Both the position numbers and the translations under genes were made by a program. Positions 33,101 to 48,100 of a stretch of 64,000 nt of DNA are shown piece by piece. The notes under the pieces are model-generated. The model was not told the DNA's origin. It ran no database searches and saw only the letters and a list, made by a program, of their open reading frames with translations. Source of the stretch: Antedon mediterranea (Eukaryota; Animalia; Echinodermata); the NCBI RefSeq assembly GCF_964355755.1, contig NC_092672.1, positions 8,122,001 through 8,186,000 of the forward strand. Reading direction: 5' to 3'. How positions within the stretch are numbered: the first letter of the stretch is position 1; each line of letters starts with the position of its first letter.

Positions 33101-36100
33101 ATCAGAAAGAAATAAATCAGAAGAAATACAGTACTACTAGTATTGTGGATTTTTAAAAATTGGAATAGTTTAAAAAAACGCTATTAAAATATCTAATATT
33201 ATTTACATGTGATTTTGTCCCTTTTAAGAACAAAATTAATTATGTAAGAAAAATTATAATCTAAAAAAATCAGACAAATGCTCTATGCTTCTGATTAAAA
33301 ATCCTGAAAAAATATATATTTGATCTGCTTATTCCACAGATTTTTGTTGAATAAAAAACATTTTCAAATATCTTTGCAATGAAGCTTCACTATGAAATTT
33401 AAAATAAATCCTTTATGATGTTCAGTAAGAATACTAAAACATCTCACTTGTACAAATTTGTGTATAGATTTTTTTGTACAATCTGCACAGATAATTTTAA
33501 ATAGTTTTTTCTTTTCTATTCAACACGTCAGTCCACGTACTTAAATTGCAGTCTGTTTGTAAAGAAAAGACAGGAATAATAATGATATTGTCCAAATCCA
33601 TTTGTAATCGATCACATACTAAAATGGTAATAAATGAAAACAAATATCTTTATTTCAGTGTCGATATCAGACAGTATGGTTGACATATTTCTCATATATT
33701 ATTAAAACTATAATTATTCATATTACTCTGCCTGGATTTCAATAAATAATTTGTTAACCTACATATGGCAGATATATTTCTTGCATCTAATCAAACAGTC
33801 ACAAAAGAATGCAAAAATGTCAAAAATATTTGACAAAAAATATTTTATATATTATTTTGGTGATAAAAAATGATGAAATAAAGTGGGTCACCTATACCCC
33901 CGACCTATATTCTTTATCCAAACAATATGAAAGAATAAGTAGTAGTTCTTAATCTTCTTGATCTTAAATTAATTCAATTGTATCTTTATTATTAGTATCA
34001 AATCTATGTTTATTATACTCCTGATCAAGTCATGATTTAAAAATAGGTTTTCAAAAAATGGCCAAAAATGTTCATGAGCTAAGCTACTGTAGTTACTGTA
34101 CGTACTGTATCACTTCAACTGCTGGTATCAAGGTTGAATAGGCCAAGGTCGTGTTCGTACGGTGGTTAAAATAAGCGCTTAATTTCACCCATGCCTCGGG
34201 TTATAAATTGAGCGTTGTTCGTACTTGAAATATTTAACCGCTTAAATGCTTAATCGACGAATCACAAACCGGAAATTACGTTTTAAGGTCAGTTGTCTTT
34301 ACAACCTACGACCCCATTTTCGCACGCTAGTTTCGTGTTGTATATTTTTTACTCGCGATCTTTCTTTACAATAACAATTACTTGCTACCTTTTACACTGC
34401 TTATCCTTGCGACAAACCTTATGCCTCTTAACGCCGATAATCCTGCCGAAATATGCCTTCTCCTGACGACCATTATTTTACTCATTGACGAAGAATTTGA
34501 GCCCAATGTTACACGACGGAAACACCACCGACCAGCGGCTCCCCGACCAGCTAGGCCTACTAAGCGGTCTACACCAACAAGGACAGCACCAGCTGACGAT
34601 CGCTCTCGAAGCGTGTATGGAAGAGTTTCGTAGGAGAAATGACGGGCCTAGGCAGCGAACGTTTGTCAAAATTTGACACATTGCCTCTATCGGAGATTTA
34701 TTATCCTCGAAGGCCGAGTATAATTGGATTATCGCTGAAATAACCTGCAAATTTGGTGAACATTTTACCTCAAATTTTTTGTAGCCTGAGGCAAAAGTTA
34801 ATTGGATCACGCGAACGGAAATCGGGAATAAGCTGGTATTTTCAACCCCTACGAACAGGCCCCAATTCAGGGGAAATGGAGCTCGTTCGCACCTTCGAAC
34901 CTCCCTGGCTATAGGCTTGATGCTTTTATTGAATAGGCTGGTACCTATTTAACTTACCGGTGGACAAATTTTAATGTGTTAATTTGTTTTAACTAGTTGT
35001 ACCTTTTATACATATTTATATATTTTTATCAAATTTTGTAAAATACTATTTTTCAGCCTTTTGGCTGCCGTTGTATTTTTGATGTCTTTTATGAATAAAT
35101 ATACCTGAATATTTACAGGTGCCTGCAAAAATTATTTAAGCCCAAGTTGCACCAGAGTGCTTACCTCAACACCTAGAACTTTCAGCTTCATGTGATCTTC
35201 TCGTGTAGTCTTGCCATCCTTACGCTTCTTCCAGATGTAACCATCCTTCCGATGTTTTACTTTCTTACGATTGAACAAAAACAAACAACCGCTGTGTGGT
35301 CTACATGTATAAAAAATTATTGAAAAAGGAATTTGAATCATAAAAGTCATTTTTAACGAATCAAAATATAGTTAAAGATATTAAATAAATTAAAAAAGAA
35401 AACATCACAAAACAAAGATGTACTACAAAATAAATTTGTAGTACTGACAGTAATAGTGTATCAAAGGACTATAAAAGATTATTAGTTTACGTGACTTGTT
35501 TCAAAATATATACATTTTTCTAGTGCTCATGCATTTGTATCATTACTCAAATAACACTGATGCATAAAGAATAAATTTCTACTTAAGTATGAAATCAAAC
35601 CTAATGTCTTCTTTTCATTCTTTTCTCTCATAATGAAAAAAAAGAAGAGAAAACTAAGTAGCCGAATGCATGGCATATCGGAAGACATGATTCAAAAACA
35701 AGGGTACATTTGGAAATGAAAAAGAGTCTAGACCTGTAGATCAATCTTTAATTCCAATGATCTTAAAACCCTTTAGGGCACAAATGTTTTGAGAGCGAAG
35801 CATTATAGTATGCTTAAGAGGCTATAATTCAAACAAGACATTGAACAATTATATAAAAAAAATTATTTTAAATTTAATGCACAACATTGGAATAACACTT
35901 TGCTCTCATAATTAATTATTCAGGCAGGCGATTCATACAAAATAACCTCAATGCTTTAATTAATAATTTAACCAATGCAATTTAAAACTGCATTAAATTT
36001 TAATGATTGTTACTAATAAAATATATATTCATTTTAAATGTCAAGCCTTTCGTAAACAGTCTATTTGTGCACAATAATTAAAAACAAAACTACTATTACA

Positions 36101-39100
36101 GTATTACAGTAGGTAAGATTAAGATTACAGATTTTTGACATACTATAGCTTGAAAGGTATATTTTTTTAAATTATTCATCATTTGAATGAGACCCTATTT
36201 AGAGAACATCCCAAATAATGGAGACTTTTTTATAGTAAACAAACATGACAGCTAACTTCTATTTAATTTAAGGGACACACCTACTGTATAAAGAAGACGC
36301 TTTATTGGGTCCAGAAGGTGTTTGTTAATATCAGTTTAAAACCTACAGTTGTGTTGACACCTGAACTCGGTTTTTAAAGATCATTCTGCCCACCACAAAC
36401 TGCTGTATACCCTACATCATTAATGTCTTCATGTGATTCCCTATAGTGTACAGCGTATTAATTAAACTACCAGTATGTTCAAATGAATAATCATAACAAC
36501 TGAACAAACATGACATTTTAAAATATGAATAAATAATTTAAAAATTAAGTTTAATTGCATGAGATTAAAAAAATTAATGTATTAGCAATTCATAATACAG
36601 GATGACTTAAAACAGTATTAAATTACAGTGACCCACTTGAGACACACCCGGCCCACAACAGGATAAAAATTAAATAGCACAAAATATAAACGGCGATGAT
36701 GAAATAGATGAATAACAAACAATGTATATGAAAACAGTAACAAATACAGATGATTAACTGGAAGTGTAACTGCAGTAATTAAAATTTGTAAAATATAACA
36801 GTTATACCGTAAAATCTCAAACAGATCCCTGGAAGAAGCCCATCTTGAAAAGAAGCCTCGACAAAGAGCCAAATAATAAGCCCATGGGCTTTGTTTCAAG
36901 GTTTCATGGTTGCAGTAAACAAATGAAGCAATCAATTATACAATAACAAAATAGAATTTTATTAGTACAATCTATTCAAACTATTTTTACACTGGAGATG
37001 TTTTTATCTTTACACACAATATCAGCATTTATATTTAGGATGTTTTTTTCCAAAATGATACAAAGATAATTTCTTTCTTGAAAAAGACATATTTACACCT
37101 TGAATTTCATAATATTATGGAACAACAAAATATACTATACAAGAATCTCCATTGTAAAGTTTGATGAAGAAAAATTAAAATAATATTCCCAAGTTGCTCC
37201 TAAAGAAATAATATATTTGCCGAATGCACATATTAAGATTATGCCAATGACCATTGACTTGTTTAAGATGATGATGGTTGCCATAGCAACTATTCAAGCA
37301 TTTGAAATACATGTAATAACGGTTTGGTTGATGTATATGCGCATTATATGGAATGCAAATTCATAGAAATCTCAATGATGCTTGCATTGCACCAACAATG
37401 GCAATAAAAACAAGACATGAGCACGTAAAATGTTGATTATTACGTCAAGATTCAAAGAAACAGAGCTTGAATTGAAAATGATTGGAGCATTGGAACATTA
37501 TTTTCAATAAGAGAAAACTTACTGTAATTGAAAGAAAGGGGACATTTTTGAAGAATAAACAGAATTCTAATTTCAAACAAATTATTATATGTTTTTTTAT
37601 ACTGTATGAATTTTTAGGCCAATTTATATTGTAAATACATAAGAATTCAGAAAAAAAATGGTTTGAATTAAGTTTTATAATATAACTTTAAATTAAGAAT
37701 AAAAATCAAATCATTAATATTGATAGAAATGTCTTGGTATGCCTGTAGCATGTTTGAAACATACTGTATAGTATCCATGATATAATGCAATAATATTGGG
37801 ATTTCGTTTTGGGATGGTACAGTATATTCTAAATACAATAAAATGCACATAAATTAGGATCTACCCCTTTCTGTTTATTATCAGGACCGTATTTGGTAAA
37901 TTTTAACTTTCGTCATTTGTCTAACTGAACGTCTACAAGCGAAAGCTCACTAAATAAATCAATTCTAAAAGGAAGACCAGGTGTGACATACTATACTATA
38001 CGTCAACTTGTTGGAAACACTCAGATACATGCAGTGTTGGACTACTGATCGTGAAATCTCGGTTCGAATCCAACTATGCCGCATTGCTTGTATCCTTAGG
38101 CAAGATACTTTACTTACGTTTGCCTCTCTCCACCCAGGTGTATAAATGGGTACCCGGTTAGATCAAAACACAACTTTGCGCTGATTACTAGTTGCACTAT
38201 GAGAGTATGTTTCCATACATGTTTGATGCAAAAAATGACCGGGGTAATAATGTTCAGTGCTTAGAGGCATCACAACATTAGGCGCTATATAAATCCAGGA
38301 TATTACCGTACTGTAGTTGCATGTCCTATTCTCCAGTACATTGTACAGTATAAACTCAAGCAGGATTTAAACTGTACACAGTACTGTCATTAGCCTAAAC
38401 AGTACAGTACAGTACCTCCCTTTTTTATGAATACCATACAGAAGATAAATTCTGTATTGATTTTACTCTAGCTGTATGTCACAATTACATTGTCTATCAT
38501 AACTGATCGTTTTTTTATAAACTACTAACTAATGATAGTGTGCACCTGCTGTGTAGAGTAGTTTTAAATATTTGTAACAGATACAGTAATGTTATTACAG
38601 GAAGTACCAATGAGATGCACGAATATGACTTGTGGAAAAGAAAGAGTTCGAGCGAGGTGTCCTATAAAAACTCTTTATTCTCATTAAAGTAAAGTTATAC
38701 CTATACAGACATGGCTTTAATTAAACTGTTGCTCCCATAAGATATACTCTGTCCAATGCTATGGACAAATAGAGAATATATATTTATGTTATTATAGAAA
38801 GTACCACCAATGATATGCAAGAATATGACTTGTGGAAAAGAAAGAGTTCGAGCAAGGTGTCCTATAAAAACTCTTTATATTCTCATTATCATCATTAACA
38901 AAATATAAGATTATCATGTGTTGTACTGTATTTTAAGCATGCTACATAGCCATGTAAGTAACACTGACCTAGAACCGTTTTTGCCTTTCAACATATTTTA
39001 TTATTAATGCCTTTTTATTCTTCTGAGCTCCTATAAAGCACCTGGGTTTAACCAGTTAGCGTTAATATCTGTTTAAGCCACTGGCTTTGCATACAAAAAA

Positions 39101-42100
39101 GAAGCCATAAAATATGCATAGTTCCAAAACAAATAGATGACATAGAAATACGATAGTCTAAATAAAATGCAAGAAAAGCTTGTTAATATTGTTATGGTCA
39201 TAAAAGCCCATTTACACTAGGACGATAACGATTGACGATAAATAGACAAATGTGCATTTTTCATACATAAAACAAAAGAAATATAAAAACTGTTCATTCT
39301 AGAACTATAGAATTACCATCTATGCTTCCTTTAACAAAAGTTATATTTTCACGTCCAATCAAATGACGTCATGATTAGTAAGAGCAATAATATCGTGACA
39401 ATACAACGATTTTATTGTTTTTATTTATCATGACGTCATTTGATTGGAATTTTAAAAATATTATTTTTATCAAAGACAGCATAAATGATTATCCTATAGT
39501 TCTAGAACGAAAACCTTTCTAATTTATTTTGTTTTATGTAAAAAAAATGCATGTTTATATATTTATCGTCCATCGTTATCGTCCTAGTGTAAATGGGCCT
39601 TTAGAAACCAAAGGTGACGGAATGGTTAAAATTATCATAAGGTACTGTAGTAATGTACTTGCTATACAACAAATTCTACGATACTAAAACAATAAAGACA
39701 AATACAGATACAGATCTTTATTGTCATACAAACAAAAATAGTACAGTATATGACTCAATTTGTCTTCTTGTTGCGAAAAAATTTACAACACTTGCAAAAA
39801 TCAAACAATTTTATCAACAATGAAAATACTAATTATTCTTATCTAGGTTTGTTTTTATTAAATACACTGACTGCTGAAGGTACTGTAGAAAGGAATTGCT
39901 AAATCGAGTTGTTTTAATACGCATCATTCTTAATCTACCAGACTTATTAACTATAAACTCTCCATGCAAGGGATGCGTATCATCAGCGATAATAGAATTA
40001 ACTTTCTTATTACAAGATCATTGCACATGTTTTCTAAGGGGTTTAAGTTTACGTTTACGTTTAAGACAATATGGTTTTAAATTAACATCACGCCCACTCA
40101 CAAAATATTATCTGTGTAAATATCAGGCTACATAAAACCAGAAGAACAGAGTTAAATGCAATTGAATATATTTCTGATCTGTTCATTCATGCTTCTCTGC
40201 ACATGTCAATAGAAATTATCACTCAATTAATAAGCCAAATTATAGTCATACACCTGAATGCTTGTTGTTGAATTTATCTATACACACTTTAAATATACTT
40301 TCAATGACATAACTACTATCTAATCAATACAGATTCAAGTATAAGCTCACTTTGAAGCATTTAAGCCCATCCCACATTTGGAGTAATTTCATGTAAAAAG
40401 GATGGCTAATGATGTACCAATATCATCAGTAATTTCTATTAATTATAATTCCAAAGAAATCTAATATCTCCTATGAATTTATTCAAAACAGAATTATCTT
40501 TTAAATTAAACATACAAATTATTTGTTAAATTTTCTGTTATAATAAATACTTTTTATTTACCTTTTTTATTTTAGATAAATTCCCAAGGATAACCATGAA
40601 AATGCATTCACTATCTGGTGGCAATTCTGTTTTATGTGATAATAAACGTATAAAAGTAGATCTACATAAATGTCTTTGGAAGTGGAGTAACAGAAAAATT
40701 CTGATATCTGACGGGCCTTTAAACCTGGACCCGAACATCTTACCCACCAAGCTACAAATCCATTGGCTCTTTGTATCAACACAAAAATTGCAATCTTTTG
40801 TAATTCAACATATTTTTATTTATCTCCCATGGGACAATACTTAATAATGAAGAAAGAAGAAAAGAATATTGTTGGTTTGAATTAAGATTGAATTGTGTCT
40901 CTCAAGGATAACGCTAATACAATGAGAAATTCACGAACAACAATTATCATCAATAAAATCAAGGACAAAAATCATCTTCTATAGTATAGTACAGTATTAC
41001 CAAAGAAATAAACTACAGAACAACGATAACCAATTTAACATTTATATTCTTGAAAATTTGTAGACTTCGTTCAAAATCAATGTTACATTTAGAATTTATC
41101 CCGTGTTAATGTCTGTAAATGTAAGATAAAGAATGGTATTTTGTGTAGAATTTCGTCTGTTTATAACAACTGGGTTCAAAATTCTGAATTACTGTAGATA
41201 TCATTTATTGTGCCTTTTCTAAGTTTAAGTATATTTTCCATGAATTAGTTAACACTGCTGCCAATCTATAGATTAGATTTACTAATACTATATTAAGCTC
41301 TATCTATCTATCTACACTAAAGTATCAAATTAGTTTGACAAAAAAAGTGTAATGTGCCCAAAAAGTGATTTTCCCAAAAATGGTAGTGATATGACATCAT
41401 CATGTCCATAACATATTTTTATCACATAAAGTTTGATAGTGTAGACAAGTCGTTAGGCTTTTCTTTTGTTATTTCTATGTGTGTGTTTTTATATTTATAT
41501 CTACAGTATTTCCATTCTGTACCTGGTGTATACACTGTTGGATGTGAAATATGTTGAGGTACAGTACTTAAGGAAAATGATTCTTCGTTTTAACCACTGA
41601 TATATAACAGTGTGTTTCAGTTTGAATAACATAACGTCAAACCAGTTCTTCTAACCTAGTTAATTTATATTCTTATCACAAACAAATCAATGTGTTTTTC
41701 TTACTTACTGAGTTTTCATCTCATGTACAGTAATAACAGTTCTAAAACCTAGTTAATTTATATTCTTATCACAAACAAATCAATGTGTTTTTCTTACTTA
41801 CTGAGTTTTCATCTCATGTACAGTAAATTAACAGTTCTAAAACATAGTTAATTTATATTCTTATCACAAACAAATCAAATTACAATGTGTTTTTCTTACT
41901 GACTGAGTTTTCAGTACAGCACTGTATGTGATCATCTAATGTACATTAATACCTTTTTTTCGAAAAATCGGTTCTTATGTCAAAGAGATTTAATTGTATT
42001 GTCCCCAAAAAACATTAATAAAATCACACTTTGAATAGGCAATTTGTAGTTTTAATCAAGTTCTTCACTTGTCTAGAAAATAATGAACAAAAACAATGAT

Positions 42101-45100
42101 TTCAATTAATATAAAGAGACAAAATAAACTGTTAAATTTAACAAAAACCCATTGTCTGACAGACAATATATTTTTTGCAATACAATTTTGTTATAGCTAT
42201 ACTAACCTTTTTACAATCAAATTTTTGGCCAAAGTGAATAACTGTATGTGAAATTAAAATAACATATTCATCTAAACATTTTGAGGGGACAATATATATC
42301 TTTTTTCGATCCAATTTTTGGTTAAAGTTAATAACTATTAAGACATTAAAACAGCATTCAAAACAAATATATGTAAACAATTATTTTTTCAAGGGCAATA
42401 TCTTTAAATCAGAATATTCTATTGAATAAATCATCGATAAATTATGCAGCAATACAAGCCTAAGAAACTCATAAGAAGTAAATGGCTTAAGGGAGAAATT
42501 TATCATAATCAATAAGGGCTCTTTAGGCTACAGTTTGGCTGGGCTTAGAGACTCTACAGTCAAAGCCAACTAATATATCAATATTTTCTCACTGTCCTGG
42601 TATACTTTGGTCGTAGATTGCTGTATACAGTATAAGTAAACACATTTAACCAAATCACCAGTAGGCTATATTATTTGAGTGAAATGTATGTTAAAGTTTG
42701 TATTTTAAACTAAATTAGCTTTTTGAAATGTAAGTAACAACCAAACTAACTAATTATTCATACAGTAATGTTGAAATATTTTTTAGGCAAAAAATAAGCA
42801 AAAAATTGAATATTCAATCGAAGTCACAGACAATTTTGATGTTGCTAGAACAAATGTAATGTAGTAGCATTCAACATTTATTGCTGACATTTCAGTTAAT
42901 GAAAATGTGAAAAGGACAGACTATAATGTCGCATTAAGGAACGCCTAATGAATGAATAGAAGATATTAATGGAGTATATATAAAGTAATTACAGGTTAGA
43001 AAGAGGAACAAGAATACTATAGCTTTGAAATCTGAAAGAATTGTTTACTGACAATTTGAAATAGCATGGAGAAAATAAATTATCCACAACAATTTTGGAA
43101 TTAATCACTAACAATGAAAAAAAAAGGGTTTTAAAATAATAAACGACTTAAATAAAAATGGCAACATTATGGATTTTTTTTTTTTGGAAACTTCATACTG
43201 TAACCGGCAATACTACATTTTGTTTGAAAATGACAGTATAGTATTAGTAGCCTGATGCTGAAGAAGGTAGCATGTACAGTAGATGGAATAATTGAATATC
43301 AAACCACTGTTTTCAAAGACTATATTGTACAGAACTGTGATTGTGATTGTACAAATAAAAGAAATTAAAGCAAAAATCGTAATAGTAATTAGCCAGTAGT
43401 AGTACCGTTATTAAAAAAATTTATATTGCAGTGTTTTATTATAATACTGTAGGTTATGTATAGTTTTGGAGAACAATAAATAGAGTATCACCTTTTATAA
43501 CTGCACTGAACTAGTTTGAAACACATTCAGAGAACATTGAAAAAGTACATGAATGTTAAAAACATGATCGATATATGGAATGACATTTACTGTACCCCAG
43601 AACATCACTCAATACAACATGCACAACATGAAACTTGATTAGTCATATTTACAAGCCTCCGCATGTTGCATGTCATGGATATCTATTTACATTATGAGCA
43701 ACCAGCAAGAATTCACTTTAAACTGCGGCATATGATGATACCCCCAGTAGGGTTGATCTTATCTTTAATTAAGTGTAATGAGAAAGAGGTCAAGGAGAAT
43801 GGTGTGTTACTAGTGATTGTTTCAATAATGAATCGAAGGTTAAGCAAGCATACGGAGAAACTAGTATTATTTCATAAATGTAGATACTTTAGTGGTGGGT
43901 AAATCCCCTCTCTAAATCCAGGCACCTGTGTTAAGCTCTGTCTACATTTTCAAACTTTATGTGACAAAATGTGATGTGCTCATATATGGACATGATCACA
44001 CTACAGACAGAGTCGGGTGAAAAAGCATACGGAGAAACTAGTATTATTTCATAAATTATGTAGATACTTTAGGGGTAGGTAAAGGTTGGGAAAGAGTAGC
44101 TTTCTAAATCCCCTCTCTAAATCCAGGCATCTGTGTTAAGTCTGATACTATGTGAAATGTGTTTTTTTTTAAATCGCTCAAAACTAGAAACAAGATTTTT
44201 TATATTCTAACACTAACAGCCAAAATGAGTTCAGTTTATGAGAAAGTCGACCACGTACTGCAATAAATAATGAGTGATAAAAAAGATCTTAGTGCAGATC
44301 TGTTTCATGTAATACAGTACATGAGACAACTGGCAGGTAGGAAAAGATACTGAATTTTTACAAGCCCATAAGGTATTGGCTTGCCCAGATTCATTTCACT
44401 AGATTGTATGTAGGCCTCACTAGTAGGAAATTGAGATCCGTGTGATGAAATGTGTTGTCAATATCGACATACAGTAGAGATGAAAAGCAATGTAGAGCAA
44501 CGTATTATTAATTTCATGACAAGTTGATTATCTATCCAACTTCTCACACATTGATCAGTCGTTATAAGATTATGCATCACACTTTAAAATTAAGAAGAAA
44601 TGAAGATATTATTATCTAAGCAACCATTTCATTTGGGATCTGTAATTTAAAACCAAAGTTTATTTATCCATCAACCCTTCAGGGGTTCGAACTAATAACA
44701 AATTATATCATAATACTAAATATGAAATTCGACTCTTAGAAATATGAAATAGGAAATTATTTAGAAATAATGCATACACTCTGCTGATGTACAGTATTCT
44801 CTGTGAATATTTTTATTCAAAATTCAAGGCAAGCAATTAAAATCAGAAATGAATATTATTATTATAAATATAATATTAATAAATATAATAATATTAATAC
44901 AGTTTATGTGTATCACATTACTATAATTAAAATGTTTAATTCAACTACTTCTTTTTCAAGTGTGTGTGTGTGTGTGGGGGGGGGGGGGGGTTGTGTATTT
45001 TAAAATCAATATTAAGTCGTAGTTACATTACTTACACTCAATTCAATTCCACTTTTTGTAGCCGAACAAAGTATTCATTCATTTATTCAGCCAAATACTG

Positions 45101-48100
45101 TACAAATAACTTCAATCAAAACAATTGTCTTCATTTGATGGTTAAGATTAAAGAAATGAATTGAAATGCAAACAATAGTAAAGTAGTGTATATATTTCAA
45201 TCAAAGATGATTTTCTTGATGGATCAGTCAGTGAGAAGAACATGGGAAAACTGAGCAAAACATTTCACAGACTTTCAGAATAATAAAGAGTGACATGCAG
45301 TAGTCAAAACCACTTTAACAAATCACATGGCTTGACATTTTCTCCTTGGGTATGAAGGCTGAATATACAGTAAGAAATTAGAACTGTTTATTCATAACAG
45401 CAAATAAATATCCAATATTCTTGGTTCACGATGCATGATATCATGTGATGCAGTACAGTAAAATGCTACCATCTGTAATTGCACGTGTAGTAGTTTAGAG
45501 TGTTAGACACAACTTCATGTGTGCATGCTGAGGTAGAGTCTGGATGAATATGAGATGCTGAGGTAGAGTCTGGATGAATATGAGACGGGGTAAAGAGGAT
45601 AAGGAGAGAAGGGATAAAGAGGATAAGGAGAGAAGAGGTTGAGGATGATGAGTGAGAAGGAGGCAGGGAGGGAGAAATGGGGGAAGAGGAGGATGACAAG
45701 AGGGGAAGAAAAGAGAAGGAGAAAAAGATGAAAAGAAGGAGGCAGAGGACGAAGATGTGAAGGGAGAAGAGAATGATAAGAAGGGGATAAGAGGTTGAGG
45801 ATGATGAAAAGGGTCTGTAGAATTGGGAAGAGAATGATAAAGGGAGAAGGAGAAAGAGGATGACAAGAAGGAGGTGGCAGAGGAATGAAGACCAGAAGGG
45901 AGAAGAGGATAAGTGGAGAAATAGTAGAGGATTATGAGAATAGGGAGTGAAATTGGAAAGAGGATGATAAGAGGAGGATGACAAGATGGTAGAGGACAAA
46001 GATGAAAAGGATGATGATAATGACAACAGGAAGATAAACAGGAGGGTGAAGAAGATGGTGAAGATGGGTTAAGGGAAAAATAAAAGATGATGGTAATGAG
46101 AATGGAAGTATGTTCTCATATAGACATTTTGATCCAGGTCTAATAATTATAAACTTAACATTACTACAGAAAATATAGATGAATACACTACAGATAAATT
46201 AATATGAAACTGTGCATACAGTAGAAAACAAATATTGATCGTACTGTATACTCTATTTCTATTACACAGTCAAATGAGCAATAATCAAATACAGATTAAA
46301 TATTAATAGAAGTACAATTCTTAACATTGCCATCATAGTGTGTATGTCACAGAATCAATATTGATTGTTGAATAAACATAGTAACAAGTTTCACGATACT
46401 GATTTTTATTGAATGAGCATGATGTTGGCACATTAGAAATAAACAGTACAAATATTGAGGTTACCAGTGCGACATGGTTTTGTTCAAACCAATTAAATTG
46501 GAAATAGTAAATAACATACAAATAATGAATGTTTATAAGTGCACATAAAAACTCTCCTTCTCACAGGGCAATTTTTTTTCCCCTGCAACTTCTACGTTAC
46601 CAACAAGTTTGAATCTGTTCTTGAAACCCACCTTTTTAAGCTGTATAAGAGTGTTCAATGAAAATTTCTTATTTCAAGTTATATCTCACTCTTCAAAGGA
46701 GAAAGGGCTATTGTCGGTTTATCCAGGTAAGCTAGGCACGAAACAGACTAGATTAGCTGTTGTGGACAGACGAACGGGCACTGTTTGGTGGCAGAACGCG
46801 ACACGAAAGGGACCTGTGTTCGGAAAGTAGAAAGTTTTGGTACAGTATGTGTCGTCCACACCTGTGCCCAATTCAGCTTGCAAGTTGTAGGTTATTCTAC
46901 CATTTACAGATGAAGTGGACAAAAAAAACCATTTCATCTTTTATTGTTAACACAGAATGAACATATTTATGTACCATAATTACACAAATTTGATGTTTGT
47001 TTTAAATAACACACCTACTTTTAACGAGGCTAGCCTTAAAGAAGCCAGCAATCCAATTTTGGACACAATGTACAACAACTATAGACAGTGTGACACTGTA
47101 AAGTTTGATTTTTGTGCACACAGTCTAGAGTCGTGACAAACATTATTGATTAATGAATAAAAATGAAATTACCTTGTTTTAGTGACTGTTGTTTGCCAAC
47201 CATTGTGTTTGTCAAAACTTGTCAACAATGACGCAATTTCCTAAGAAGAAAAATCGGATAAACTAAAATTTAGTTTTAATTTATTAATAAAATAAAGTTT
47301 TCATTCAATCACAATTTGTGGCAAATATGTTCAGTTTTCTACAAATTCTGATGTATTTTAAATATGAATTTGGACCTTTTGGACCTCACAAAAATGTTGA
47401 TTTTGAAAGAGAGTTTTAAATGAATCAATCTGAATTTGGAGTAAAACTGTATTGCAGTTTTGTCGTAGGTATTATTTTATAAATGCCTATCCATGGTGGT
47501 ATGTATACATTTGGCACTAAAAGATTCAATGGTTTAATAGTCAATTACCAAATAAAGTTTTAACAAATCTGTTTTACAATTGAACTACTTACTTCATTTG
47601 TATTCCATCGATGCCTTATGTTAGGCAATTCCAGAGATTTTGGTAGATTTTCCAATTTTTTAGGTAAAACAACATTAGGTTGGCTCTCCTTGTCTGTATT
47701 AAATAAAGAAAAAATACTTTAATTTTATTTTTGAATATACTGTATTTTACCACTGATTTCTGAAAATAACGTATGGCATAAAGGAACGGCCTAAGCTAGT
47801 GTTTCATTTGGCAACTTCAATTCAGTTCAATTTGCATTGATTGTACGAACTTTTCATCAATTTTAGCCACCCTATTCAAACCTATCTTTTTTCAAACAAC
47901 AGAATAGCATGGTGAATTTGGTAATTAATATCTAATTAAAGGGTATTTAATTTCCTACTACTAGGGACCCAGTACTAGGACAAGGCAGAGCCATTACTAA
48001 ATAGGATTAATATTACTAATACTATTGAGTCGCTCACAATTTGATTTGCGCTTACAGTAATGACGCATCATGGTTGGGTGTCACGAAACCTAAGACCCCC

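Noticed and set aside
38025-38075. tRNA genes (also about 2600-2655, 5005-5060, 15597-15645)
   Set aside because: A/B-box-like motifs but no intact cloverleaf, and followed by SINE bodies.
45466-46026. 186-aa and 123-aa S/L/P/F-rich ORFs
   Set aside because: By-products of the GA/CT low-complexity tract, with no domain or splice support.
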